A stretch of 64,000 nucleotides of DNA from positions 44,268,001-44,332,000 of the forward strand of contig NC_088857.1 in NCBI RefSeq assembly GCF_963853765.1. Direction: 5' to 3'. Source of the DNA: Magallana gigas. Lineage: Eukaryota. The first letter of the stretch is position 1. Every line of letters starts with the position of its first letter. Under the pieces are notes generated by a model that was given only the letters and a program-made list of their open reading frames with translations, was not told the DNA's origin and did not search any database. This document shows, piece after piece, positions 1 to 13,050 of the stretch. Both the position numbers and the translations under genes were made by a program.

Positions 1-2611
1 GTTTCAATTGCCAAGATCTATAAACTCAGTAAAATTTTTAATATTTGATTACAATGAACATATTATTTGTATACCAAAACGTAAATATAGCACATGCACA
101 TTAAACTTTCCTCGTAACTGTTGATTAAATTTACTTTTTCATGTTAATACATTTTTAGCACGTATCTGTAAATCAAAATAGCGTATAAATATATACAGGC
201 AAAACTCATGTTCGAGGAAAAGTAATGTATTTATTAAAGGTATGATGACACGTGTGTCTATCGAACACGTGTTTTTGTTTATTTATATTTATACCGGAAA
301 CCAAATTTGATTGGTTTCTATAATAAGTATTTCACCTGTTATACAGGTATTTAAATTAGAGAAGCGCGACTTCTCGTGTTAAGTGAATAAAGAATTTAGC
401 GCCATTCGAAGGCTCTCTCTTCGTGCAGTTAGACGTGGCCCCCACCCACCCACCCTACTTGTTTTCGTGTATCATTTTATTGTAATTAACAATTTTTCTC
501 ATTATTGTAGAGAACTGAGGAGAACTGAAGATATTTGTCTATAACTTTATTCGAATAAACTGCACTCTTGAGAGCGCTTCTGTACCTACACACTGTGTTT
601 ATTTATTTTATAAATTATTTATGTTCGGTTGAGTGTAACGAATTAGAACATAACATGTTTTATGTATTTAGATTTGTCATGCAGTCTGGTTGATAGTGTT
701 CTTTTTTTAATTAAAAAATAAAAATTAATTTAAAGCGCTATTAATCATTTAGAAAGCTGTTAAACTGACGCAGTTTACAAATTCAGCATGGTTTTTACCG
801 TTGTTGGATCGCTATGGGTATTTCCAACGAAAAACAATTGGAGATTCAGGTTCTCCATGATAAAGTGGTAGCTATTTTTAATGCTTAGAATTCAACATGT
901 AAATACAACCTAGTAATGTATTTGACATAAATAGGTTGCTTTTGTTCAAAGAAAGATGAATCAGCAATCAAAGGTTTAATGTGAAGACTGTGTGTATTGT
1001 TTCGACAACACTGACCTATGTAGTACTGACGTAGTAACAATTATAAAGTTTCCAGAAGAAAAATAAATTTTCAGGGCTTTTGGTCAAGTATTCTGTATTA
1101 AAACTAGATATATACATGTGAGAGTAACTATTGACAGATACACTGAAGTGTACAAAGGCTGGAGTAATATCTTTTTATTTCAAATAACGACTTAATAATA
1201 ATATCAAGTTGATAACATCAAGTTTGTCATAACAAATGTCAAATTGTTATATCTTATTCGCTATATAAAGGTCATAAAAATACAATTACTTTACAAGCCG
1301 AAATTAGAGAAAGGATTCTTTGAAGAAAAACATCAGTCAAAATACTAAAAGAAAATCCTTGAACTTACATTATTTTAGATTGAGTCATATCATACAAATG
1401 TCATGTATTAGTCTAGAGATGGTGACCACAAAGCGAGGGGGCGTCAATTTTATATAGGAAAAACCATGAATATAACCAGGATTAGGAGGAAAGTTCAGTA
1501 ATGTGGAATATAGTGTAGAGAATTTCATTAGAATCCTCTGTTCATTTTATCTTGAATCTATCCGTATACATGTCGATGACAGCCATAAAGTATGAAGTTG
1601 TATATCAGATACTAGTATTTTAGAATCTTACTGACAAGTTTGTATTATATATACTATAGTATGCAGAAAAAAGTATTGAACAGGGAAAATATATTCAATT
1701 CTTTGAGGTCTATTAGGACCGAGAACCACTCGGTTCTGGGATTTTTTAGATATGATATATGAATTATGTATAGTATTAATTTTAAGCCTGCCTTTAATCG
1801 TTATTAGTGTCGTTTTGATATTCGAATAGTGAATAGCGAATAAAACTCCAACTTCTGAATGCCCTTTTTATATACTATATAATTTTTCCAAGAAAGTTTT
1901 ATATTAAAGGTTCTATAATTCCTAATCATTTAAATTTGTACATTTGTTACAGTTTCTAGAGACAATTACGTGGAAGTCCTGAATGATTTAATGCCACCGT
2001 TAAGTGACATTGACATGTTCGTTGTCCCTTTGAGAAGTATATTTATCGAAACAAGGATGATACCATAGAACTGTGACAGAGCTGTAGGGACTAAAATTTA
2101 TTCGTAAGTGTAGAACGATTAGATGCAAATCGACGGTTCAAACCATTCATGAAAATAACCTACATTTGCATTTTTAATACCATTATCACTGGAGAGAATT
2201 TTTGACAGTATGTTATTTCAACATAATTTTGTGCTAATTAAAGGGTTTCATTCAATAAGTCATGTTGTAATTTAGTTGGATCCTTGTGTACTCAATAAGC
2301 CACAATACTCTTTGGTAAGAGGTAACATATAATATATTGTCCTTGTTGTATTTGTAATGATAATATATTCCATTGTACTGCTTCTAATGTTGGATTTAAA
2401 ATCATGAATGTTGTTTTTCAGTTTGCATTCTGCTCTTTCATGTTGCATATATACATATATTTAGATGTAAATACATGTTTGTTATACACATATACCTTTT
2501 GTGCTATACAATAATCGAAGTGATATTTTCTGTTGTTATATTCAGTAGTATATTCTCACTATATAACTCTATTTAGACGAATAGTCAATAATTGTAATAT
2601 TAGCTCGTCCG

Positions 2612-2637
2612 AAAAATATTGACCGGTCAATATTTTT
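2612..2637. repeat. Perfect 26-bp palindrome
   Basis: AAAAATATTGACCGGTCAATATTTTT is its own reverse complement; a further copy of ATATTGACCGG follows immediately. Confidence 0.85.
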
Positions 2638-4053
2638 TTGATATTGACCGGCTAGGAATAATATCTAGAGAACATTCCCTCTATTTCAAATAATCGCCTC
2701 TGATTTGTTGATTCGTAAACGATGACGTGAATTCATAACTCTTCGCGACTCCAAAACAATGTGACGTCATAATAGATAGTCAGTCAAAGCAAGTAAACAA
2801 CGGACGCGCAATGCGACGGTTTGCTATCATAACGCATAGCACCCTAACTCCATCACTACCCTAACTCCGTCACTTTCGGAAAACTCCTCGCCGTTTGAAA
2901 TCAAGTACGATTATGACGTCATTTTTTACATGTCAAAAATCTTTAATCAATTGTCAACAATTTGCAACGGTTAAATTTAAGAATGTGTTAGAAAATAACA
3001 GAATTAAACCTTGTTCATTTTATGCACCATTAATTGTGTGAAATCAGCTATAAAACTTTTTCATGGGTGCACTAAAATATCGATATTTCTGACATGCGGA
3101 CCCATTCGATCATTTAGGGTGGTCATCCATTTTTAGAGAGGTCAAGATGAAACATTTCACATGTAATACATTTTTTATTAAGGCAATTAATACATTTTTT
3201 TCAGTCTGCAACAACCTTTATGCACTACTCTTGAAGATAACGTCAAATCGCTCATGCAGATACTTTTGCCATATACAGGGTATAGATATATCAGGTATAT
3301 CGCTATTTAGAATATGCTAAATTTCTGAAAATGTAATAAATAAATAATATGATAAGTAATATATTAATTAATGATATGAAATATTTAAATATGTAAGGAC
3401 ATAAATCAAACGGCATCCATACATTCTGAAAAGGCCATTGTGATTATTGTTACATGGACCCATTTTATATTCTGGCGATCATTTAATTTCGATGAAATTA
3501 AATACAATTTAAATTGTATGCACCATTTTTACTTATTACTTATTATAACTTGGCTTAGATACAAATGGAGTTTTAACTAAATTGTTAATGTGTCTTCATT
3601 CCCTCCCATATCATAGAGCATGTGGGTGACGGAGTTAGGTTCATAAGATATAATAAGCACGCGTGATAAACGTCGTATTCAGAGGGATTATTTGAATATA
3701 ATTAAAAATATTTTTGTTAATAATTTTATAAATTATATTGTTTCAGATTATATTTAGTGATTGCAAATGATAAAAACCACAAAAAATAATTTACAGAGAA
3801 ACGCGGGAGGTTTTCTGCTTATGGTGACGGAGTTTGGGTACTCGGGGATATAAGGATTTGTTAATTACTGTGAAGTAAAATCAGGTAGAACATCTGTATG
3901 TTAATTCTTACGGTCGGCGGAATATCACCAGTGACCGTTTGATGCGGAGGATATTTTGGAAATGAAGTTTGCACAAAATTGAATTCGTGATTCTTTGTTG
4001 AGCTGAGAAAATCTGTTTTCAATTATTTTCTTAAATTTTGGTTTGTTTCTTCA

Positions 4054-4195
4054 TATAACAAAACAAGTGTTGACTGTGTTTTCGGGCAACATTGGGACGA
4101 AAATATTGCCCTCCGCTTCGCGTTGGTCAATATTTCGTCCCTCGAGGGCTAATATAATCAATGTTGCCCTCAACCCGAGTCAATATTTGTATAAT
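4054..4195. repeat. Imperfect fold-back element, same family as 5494-5650
   Basis: Starts TATAACAAAACAAGTGTTGACTGTGTTTTCGGGCAACA and ends TGTTGCCCTCAACCCGAGTCAATATTTGTATA; both ends match 5494-5650. Confidence 0.7.
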
Positions 4196-4316
4196 GTTCG
4201 ATGCATTATTATTAAAGCATACCAAATTAAGTTAAAACAACAAGCCCATTCTTATATCATCAGTTTGTTTATTTATTCATTAAAATAGACAGATTAAACT
4301 AAACATTATATAAATA

Positions 4317-4444
4317 GTGCCTGTTTGGGAGGGTAAGAGTTGAAATTGACACCCGAGAAAGCCATTGTCAACCGACGCAAAGCGGAGGTTGACAATGGTT
4401 TTCGAGGGGTGTCAATTTCAGCTCTTACCCTCCCAAACAGGCAC
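4317..4444. repeat. Long fold-back (hairpin) element
   Basis: GTGCCTGTTTGGGAGGGTAAGAGTTGAAATTGACACC pairs with GGTGTCAATTTCAGCTCTTACCCTCCCAAACAGGCAC; inner arm CCATTGTCAACC/GGTTGACAATGG. Confidence 0.85.
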
Positions 4445-4609
4445 TCTTTGTTTTATTATACTGAATGTCTTAATTGTAAAGAAAACAATACGGAATAACG
4501 TGAATTCTATGGCGAACCGTACGCGCATAATTTACGCGCATGTAACAATTCGTTGTGTTACCCGTTGCCAAGTGTGTTGCTAACGCTGAGGGTAATAGTA
4601 TACAATTAT

Positions 4610-4779
4610 TTAATGCTTGAGCAGTCAAGAGACCAGATTATATTCCCTTGGTGCAGGGAACAGCTCAGTATGATCTATTGCCCTCGGCCGAGGCCAACGG
4701 CCGAGGGCAATAGATCATACTGAGCTGTTCCCTGCACCAAGGGAAAAAAATTCTGGTTTATTGACTGTTCAAGCATTAA
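4610..4779. repeat. 170-bp near-perfect fold-back element
   Basis: Core CCCTTGGTGCAGGGAACAGCTCAGTATGATCTATTGCCCTCGGCC pairs with GGCCGAGGGCAATAGATCATACTGAGCTGTTCCCTGCACCAAGGG; outer arms TTAATGCTTGAGCAGTCAA/TTGACTGTTCAAGCATTAA. Confidence 0.9.
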
Positions 4780-5493
4780 ATAATTGTTTTATTACCTAAT
4801 TCCTTTTTTAGGATTCGTTGTTTACAATTTGCATATTGCAGATGGTTTTCGTGCCATTATGCAATATACCAAGATTTTTGTTTCATCTTTTACATGCACA
4901 AAACCTGTTGCATGCATTACAACATCTCATTTAATATTAGTTTACACAAAGAAGGGGGAGTCTTCAACCCATTAGATTTTAAATAGTCTTTTACCTTATA
5001 TGAGGCTTTAAAATGTTGATTATTTGATACTCCATTTTGATAACATTGAATTTGGTTTCAGCAAGTACTGAAAACAGCGTCTATGTAAAGGAATATGCAT
5101 TCCCTGAGAACTATCGGAAGGATGTAACATTAACATACCCGCGTTCTGGAATACGTTGCCGGTCCAATAGATCGCAATCTATTGACCGACAGTTCAAAAT
5201 AGACGCAAATATTTAATTTGTATTAAAACAACAAAATCCCTTTGATTCGGTAATAAAACGGATTATCAACTGCGTTTTAACCAATCAGATTTCAGTATTT
5301 AACATGAAAGTATAATAAAGGATCTTGTTATACCCCTGTAAAACAGTTACTATATAAATCTATACGAAAAAAAGTCCAGCATTTTGACTGTTGGACTGGA
5401 ACTGTTAGATTGGAACTGTTAAAATCGACTCTTAAAAATACTGTTGACCGGTGACGTCACATTCCGCGAAAACGTGTTATTGATTAGAAGGGG

Positions 5494-5650
5494 TATAACA
5501 AAACAGCTGTTGACTGTGTCTCGGGCAACAGCTGATCTGTCGGACCGGCTCGAAAAATGTTGCCCGCGGCCTTCGGCCTTGGGCAACAGTTTGCAAGCCG
5601 GTCCGACAGATCAACTGTTGCCCTCGACCCCAGTCAACAACTGTATATTA
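5494..5650. repeat. Fold-back element, same family as 4054-4195
   Basis: Arms GATCTGTCGGACCGGCT/AGCCGGTCCGACAGATC and GGGCAACAG/CTGTTGCCC around a GGCCTTCGGCC core. Confidence 0.8.
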
Positions 5651-6391
5651 ATGTTTCATGCTGGTCTGAAATCTTTCAAAAAAATCGATGAACGACTGTC
5701 GTTAAAAAATCAAATGAACGTTAGAGATCCTGAGTCCATAAGTCGTGATGGCTTATTCCCATCAAACAAAACTTTTGTCCCACCTCTCCGAAAGTTTGAT
5801 TTTCACATGAATGGTCACCTGTGTGTAATCTGTTTTAGATTTTTTACCTGTTATAACCATCCGGTATGTAAGTTTTGAATGTTAAACATTCAAAATGAAT
5901 AAATTCAGTGTAAATAAAAAGATGAATTGTTTAAAATATGAATGAATAATTAATACAAAAAAGAATGAAATCTTGAAAAAAATGAATTTATATATTTCTA
6001 TTCCAAATAATGACATTAAAATGATATATTTTTTTTAAAATCATGTAAATCTAGAACTGATATTTAGATAATTATGCTAATAAGTTAACTACTAACATTG
6101 ATCAAGAATTTTGTTTTGATTAAAATTTGATTTGATTATTGAAAAATTTGATTTTATAAAAAGTGTCCGTCTTTTCTATGGTTAATTTTTTTGTTGTTGA
6201 ATAGATAGTTGATTCATTCATTTGTCCAAGAAAAAAATATTTTAATGTTTTTTCTTTAGAGAAAACACGAGAATCATCGGGGGGGGGGGGTGTTAAAGGC
6301 AAAGTATTTAAGGAAAAACTTATTTATAGAAAGATTTAACAGAACACGGGGGGGGGGGGGGGCAGATAATTGAAAAAATTATTCTGAATGC

Positions 6392-6530
6392 NNNNNNNNN
6401 NNNNNNNNNNNNNNNNNNNNNNNNNNNNNNNNNNNNNNNNNNNNNNNNNNNNNNNNNNNNNNNNNNNNNNNNNNNNNNNNNNNNNNNNNNNNNNNNNNNN
6501 NNNNNNNNNNNNNNNNNNNNNNNNNNNNNN
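6392..6530. other. Assembly gap (139 N)
   Basis: Run of N, just downstream of two poly-G tracts. Confidence 0.99.
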
Positions 6531-6812
6531 ATAAAATAAGTCTAAAAATTTAATTAAAAAATAACTTTAAATAGGAAACCACTACCTGTGGTAACGATAG
6601 GTCATCAGTAATAAATTCTTTCGTTCTCTCCCTCCTTTTACACGTACACCCATTCCCATCTAGTCAAAAGCAGTCACCCCGCATATATTTCAGAATTTTT
6701 GCTAAGAGTAAAGACACCGTTGAGAGGATGCTATGTACACTACTTCATGCCATTAATCATTATTCATACAGAATAGAAGTCAAATAGCAACACATTTTAT
6801 AAAGTTTATTAT

Positions 6813-6837
6813 ACTAGATGATACCCCGCAAGCGCGG
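6813..6837 (-). mobile_element. Possible Helitron 3' terminus
   Basis: Minus strand reads CCGCGCTTGCGG (short GC hairpin), about 8 nt, then CTAG-T, the canonical Helitron 3' end pattern. No 5' end was identified. Confidence 0.35.
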
Positions 6838-7344
6838 AAATTAACACTTTACCCATTATTATAATACAATGTTAAACCATATTTTTTTTTTTCATTTTTG
6901 TATATACTTTGTCAAAATTGTTCCTTATCTGAATCTTTTAAAATTGAAATAAAAAATAAACTGCAATGTTGGATAGTAAGAGGAGCGGACAGGGATAAAA
7001 AATTCTAAACTGAAATGGAAGATGTACACATGTACATGTACGTGGCCTTAATCCGGTTTGCTGCAACTGACTTGAAAAAAAAAATGAACTTTTAATTCTA
7101 CATGTATTTATTTCAAACCAGTGAATAGGCTATTTAGTGTATCTCTCTCTAATTTGGTTCTTTAGGCCAATTTTCAATATGATTTCTAATACTGTCGCAA
7201 ATAAGTATTTCAGATAAAAGAAAAACAATCTAGAAGGGGGGATCCCCATTACACTTTCCCATTTTATGCATACATATAGAATATAGCAATCGCAACTTCC
7301 CGAGAAGTTGCGATTAACAGTATAAAGACGTAGAGTACAAGTGT

Positions 7345-8000
7345 TTAAGGTTTACAACCAATCTGTAGTGGTATAAAAATGTATGAAATTAAAACACGCT
7401 AGATTATGCATTGTTATCCATTTGCATGCATTTTTAATCCAAAGTTGTCAGATTTAAAGCAGCTGGTCAAAGCCGATGGTTAACTCGCCATACACTTTCC
7501 GCCATGATGTCATTTTTTTTTTATTAATCGAAGTCCGATCCAAGGTAATTACCCGCGACGCATGAATAACTCGTCCTACACTTTTCGTTAATTAGTCAAT
7601 CCGCGGTCTTGGTTACCCCGTTCTGGAAAGTTCTATCCCATTCTCTCACCAGAGGTCGTGCTTCGCAAACGAATGAGTATCAAAACTAAAATCACCCACT
7701 AAAGAAACGAATTAACTTATTTCATTTATTCAACATTTGTCAAATCTTAACTTTTATATATTCTCTAAATAGGCTCACAGTAAATATATTCATTCTATAA
7801 GTACATGTAATCATTCAATATTATTTCATTGCAAGTATATATTTTGATTGAGATTATTCCTGACTTGGATCTGCCAAAGCGTGTCCACCACCTTTCTCTC
7901 ATTTTTGCTATTTCGGGCTTGTACATGTATATCGAAAATGACAGTAGGTTTTTGATTAATTTCAAAATAATAAATTATCAGTTAAAATTCAATTATACCT
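7345..8000 (-). repeat. Dispersed repeat, inverted homolog of 28715-29560
   Basis: The reverse complement contains GACCTCTGGTGAGAGAATG, AGAACTTTCCAGAAC, CATGGCGGAAAGTGTA and CAACTTTGG, as at 29030-29520. 7776-8000 matches the minus strand of 28715-28910. Confidence 0.7.
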
Positions 8001-9917
8001 TACGGACATCATCTCACATGTGTTGAAATACCAAAGCTGTAAGCAAGTATTCTGATGCAGGCATTTTGTACTTTATTCGCAAAATGCCTTAATTTATAAG
8101 TATAGATATTCATCTTTACATACATTATTTGCTAAAAAAGCATTGACACATTAATGTTTATTTGTGTATTGATATAAACTTCTAACAAAATTCATAAACA
8201 CTCCCAAACTGTTTGACCAAACCGGAATCTAGAGGTGTACAAGCCTTGTTTATGTTATAGACAACGCCTCTTTCTCTGTAAAGATGTTATACGGAAAGTT
8301 GATATTAACTAACCTCATCAGATAAGTTTTACCTGTCTTAAGAGATTTTTACAAATTAATGTGTTTTGGCTCAAGAAATCAAGGGCACGAGTGAAAAGAA
8401 AGATAGTCCAAATTTTAACCAAGATGTAATGGAAATCAAAGATTTGAAAATCTTGATTATTTAACGATTATTATGAAGTCAATATAAAAAAAAATATAAG
8501 GAACGTGCAAATTTTTTCTTATCCAAGGTTATGTTTCTAAAAATAAATATTTAAAGTAACAGTATAATAGCATTATCGCTGTGACCTAAGTAATGTTTTA
8601 AAGTTCCTTTGAGCAATTATTATTTTAATTGGCATTGAAGAAAGATTGATAAAAACAACTGTTTTAGCATCGCTAAAAAGCAGAATTCTTGCCACATCGT
8701 AATAAATCCTTTTTTAGCGACATTATGACGAGTGTCGTTACACAATGAACTGTGAAGTATTTCCTGATACATGATAATTTATGGTAATAATACGTACGAA
8801 TTGCAATTTTAATTAATTTTATTAACAAAAAAAGATTAATTTTGTAATTTTTTATTAAACAATTTGCAATTTTTAACTGCAAAATTATTATTTTCTAAAC
8901 TCACTTTTTTGACATCAATAAGTCGATTATGTAATGCTTCATAATTTGAAATGTGGTTATTTGATGTATTTTTTTGTGAATGCTGACTGACGTTTTTCAT
9001 ACTTGTTTACTTTGACCATCTTTTTTTTTACCGAATTGGCTACTGATTTTTCCGTTTTCCCGATTACGTCAAAAAGCACGGCGGTTGTGACCGGTCAGCA
9101 GAGGATGCTTACTCTTCCATGGCACCTAATTTTTGTAGAGGCCTGTGTTTGCTTGCTCCCGATTCTTAGGTTTTTCTTTTGGACCTTTAATTAGTAACTC
9201 GGTGTCATCGCATTTCATTTTTTTTAGAATATCAAAGATCAGGCAGAACTTTTTCTCAGACGGATCATAAATACCACTTAAGCTTTTGATTGCTGTTAAT
9301 CAATCTATTATTGAAAAATATTATCAAAATTGAGTTTATCTTTTGTTTAGGAAATTTCGGAACATTACTTTGGTACGTAACCGATGTTGGCGTAAAATCC
9401 AACTGTATAGTTATGCCATGTAACAACAGTCTCAAAACTTAACATATCTACTTTGTATCATTTCTTGATCCAAGCAAGTTTTCAATCACGTTAACATTAT
9501 TTCTCCTCAAATTTGAGCTACCTCCTACATAAGTCTCTCAACAGCTGTTGTAAACAATTTAGCTCTTTACAAAAACCCAAAGAGTGGTCAGCTACTCAGA
9601 TAAATATTCTAATGAATAGGTCACGATCAATCATGATGCATTACACACCTTGTGTGGTTTCTATGTATTCACACCCTTTTCATGTTCTGAGAAAAATCAC
9701 ATATTTATCCAACATCAAAATATTCGAATATTTCTCTACATTTAAGACACAGTGTTATTTATTCAGCATCGAATCATGTCTTGTTAACTTGTCTGATTTT
9801 CATTGATGTGGAAATACATGTACTATTGCAGAGTTACAATTATGTACCTGGTGTTTTTCATATCCAGATAGAAATGTATATAAGCAATCTTCATACTGGA
9901 GACCAACAGTTTTCAAA

Positions 9918-11593
9918 ATGAACTCAAAGGTCTGTCTTCTGTTATTGGCCGTCATTGCTTGTAAGTAACATTTAAAACTAATTTTATGGCTTTTATTTTC
10001 ATATGCGTTCCAAAATATTCTTATTTTTTATATTACTCCAAATGTAAAAACTTATTAGCTTTGATAATCGATATTTTTAATAAGGTACATCAATGGTCGT
10101 AGTCATTAAATAGAATTTTCCTACCAAGATCAATTTGATTAATTAAGCTTTACGTGATATTAAAAATACGTCATACATATAAGTCTTAAAGGGGCATAGT
10201 TACAATTGTGGTCAAATTCTATTTTTATGTTTTTATTATTTACAATGCTTTAGAAATGATATCTAATGATCAAATAAAATTTGAGAGTCATTCGTAAAGT
10301 TATAAGCAAGATACAGGGCTCACAATTTTTGTGATGTAAACAAGGCTCGCGCCCTGTTTTTGTTTACATAGGTTCAATATACCAGTAAAAAATCTTTTTC
10401 CAGCCTATTTGTCTATCTTTTTATTTATTGTAAGCATAGATACACAGTTCCTAACGTTTAACACATTCGTTTTAGGTTTAAAACTGAAATTTTTACTTCA
10501 ACGTTCAAAATGTATACAAACGCTTAGTTTACATTGCAAGAATTTCATGCTCTGTTACTCGTTTATAACTCAAATAACATCTTTATTTCAAACCAGTTTT
10601 ACTTTAAATCTTCTTTCTGTTCTGTTAAACTAGTATCAAAAGCAAGCTATGATTACGCACCAAAGTACAGCGCCTTCAAGTATGCTGCAGCAAAATTTGT
10701 AGCAGGTGGCTGCGGACCAGGATGGCATCAGTACAACAACCGTTGTTATTGGTTCAGCAGACAAAAGCTCAACTGGTACACAGCCTCAGTAAGTGGTAGA
10801 GATCATAGGACCTGAAATTAAATGTTTCACCGAGGTATTGGTGGTAATTCTTAACGTTAATTGTAGATGAAATGTGCCGCCATGGGTGGTTATCTGGTCT
10901 CTATTGATCAATCTCACGAGAACACGTACGTCAGACACATGTTGAGTGTCTATGGAGGTATGTGGATTCTTTTTTTACGTTAAAACATCGGTGCTGAATT
11001 TCATTTACTTCAGTGAATATCATAACACAGTTTATAACTTAACATTGATTGTAAAGTTAGAGGAGGATCTTGGCTCGGCCTGAACGACATTCTGCGACCC
11101 AACAAACACAGATGGTGCTGGGGATTCGTTGCCAAGCCCTGCCACAAATTTGACTGGTACAGTAACGAACCCGTGTATCATGAGCATGGTGACTACAACT
11201 GCGGTATGTTCAAGAGGTCCTACAAATACCACTGGCACGTCGACAGCTGTGGACAAAAGAACCACTATGTCTGTGAGAAACCACTGGTAAGAATACTATA
11301 TAATTAAAGCACATTCTACTTTTTCACCTAAACTTGTCGTTAACTTTTGTTGAAATTTCTGTTATTAACAAGTAATGTAGTCTCTCAAGTTAATTTATCC
11401 TGATAATTGATTCTACGCTTCAAGAAGTTTATTCATTGGATGACGATTACAGTTCTACGGTTTTATAAAAGAAAGAAATATCATTAAATATATTTATAAT
11501 GCTACATGAAATGGTTACAAGAAATGATTTTAAAATGACACTGGATTATGATTTTCTTTATTGCAGGGAAAACCATGTGTATGTGTGTATTAG
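9918..11593 (+). CDS. Secreted C-type lectin-like (perlucin-like) protein, subfamily A copy A1 (unpaired), 181 aa
   Basis: Exons 9918-9960, 10634-10788, 10867-10957, 11057-11286, 11567-11593, all GT-AG and in frame. Signal peptide MNSKVCLLLLAVIA; CTLD motifs CGPGWHQYNNRCYWF, WLGLND, NCG, DSC, YVCE; ends GKPCVCVY. Confidence 0.9.
10190..10540. mobile_element. Truncated TTAA-type (Kolobok-like) MITE in A1 intron 1
   Basis: Begins TTAA|AGGGGCATAGTTACAATTGTGGTCAAA; internal motifs (AGATACAG, ATGTAAACAA) resemble 13051-13568. No right TIR found; right boundary approximate. Confidence 0.5.
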
Positions 11594-13050
11594 CAGTCCT
11601 ATGTAAATAAAATATATGTACTATCATTTTACGTTGCTGCTTAATGAGTAAATATACCTTTGCAATTACGGAGGATAACTGGATATATTATTGATTGTTT
11701 CCTTAAATTTTATATGTACAATTACAAGTTACAGATTATTTAAGTTTTTTAAGAAATAAAAGTTTATCTTTTGATAAGAGAGATAAGTCTTGCATATGGG
11801 AAACTGAATCAAATGATTGAGATATAGATACTCTTAAACAATGACAGTTATAAGAAATGCCTTATATGCCTGGGGGATTTTTTAAGCATGACTTTGAAAC
11901 TTTAATGCTTTACTTATTAAACATATCTAGAAGAAAAGGTAATATATACATATATTGTTTTAATTTTTAATGAATTTTATGTGCAATTTATATTTGATAT
12001 GTGTACCCTCATAAAATTTTTTTTATCTTATCAAAAAACAATCACAATCGATAGTTGTTTAATCAAATGCAGATGCATATCGAATGTCTTTGTTGTAAAA
12101 AAAAATTGTCCAACTCCTATACATTGTATGTTTTAGAAAATCGATATAATTTATGTTAGATAAATTGGCTTATTTTTTTTTTACATAAAAGCTAGGTTTA
12201 TGTTACATATCAGGGCATTTGACACATGTTTGCATATTGACGTAACAAAAGTCAATTTGAGTAAAGACAAAATTAAAATTGCTATAATACAAAATTTATG
12301 GTTTTATACGAATGCATTGACGTTTAATTTTTAATTTTAATTTTTGATCTGTCCCAAGTTTTTGCTTCCATCACATTCTAAATAAAAATACACAAGTCAT
12401 ACCTATGAAAGAAGTACAGTTGAAATCGACGAAATGGAAAATATCAAAGATATCTTTATTGATTAATTAATCCTTTTCACTCATAAAAGTTTACAGAAAC
12501 GAAAACAAATTTCTAACGGAGATTTATTATGGGAAATGTTTACATCTTTTTTCCATTCGGAAGTATCGGAACACCTCGCGCAATTTTTCAACGTTATCAT
12601 CCGGGCTAAATTATGGCTGATGCAATGCAAAATCCCCGTAGATTTTCTATTTTGGGAAGTGTAATGCAACCTGAAGCGGTAGAGAGGGCGTTTCAAAACA
12701 GATAATCAGGACATTTTTCATATTAGTGGATGAACGTTGTTTAAGCACAAAGGTATTTATAATTATCGAAATATCAAGCAAAAAGTGGTGGAAGCAAAAA
12801 CTCGGGACAGAGTATAAACCAATGAGTACCAAAATTGACTATGTACTACTTCATTTTAAAATTTGATTTTCAATTCCACTCGTTAACTTTTCATATTAAA
12901 CGTGAAAAATTATTTATAACTTACAAAAAAAATTAGATTATGTTCAAAATGATAATAGAGGATGGTCAATTAAGCAAACGTCCGTAGTCTAATTTTACTC
13001 CGTTTTGTCAACATCATTTGGATGTATACAGAATTTTCTGTACACTTTAA

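Noticed and set aside
5444-5878. 144-aa ORF
   Set aside because: It runs through a fold-back repeat, has no recognisable domain or splice context, and its start is non-ATG.
9075-9165. GCGGTTGTGACCGGTCAGCAGAGGATGCTTACTCTTCCATGGCACCT segment resembling a common bivalve interspersed repeat
   Set aside because: Too short and degenerate to classify without a library search.
8000-9900. A missing B partner upstream of A1
   Set aside because: No B-like exon, signal peptide or spacer motif was found on the minus strand by eye; a highly decayed relic cannot be excluded.
11567-11593. C-terminal CVCVY/CKCQY as a CaaX prenylation signal
   Set aside because: The cysteines are at -3 and -5 rather than -4, and the proteins have signal peptides.
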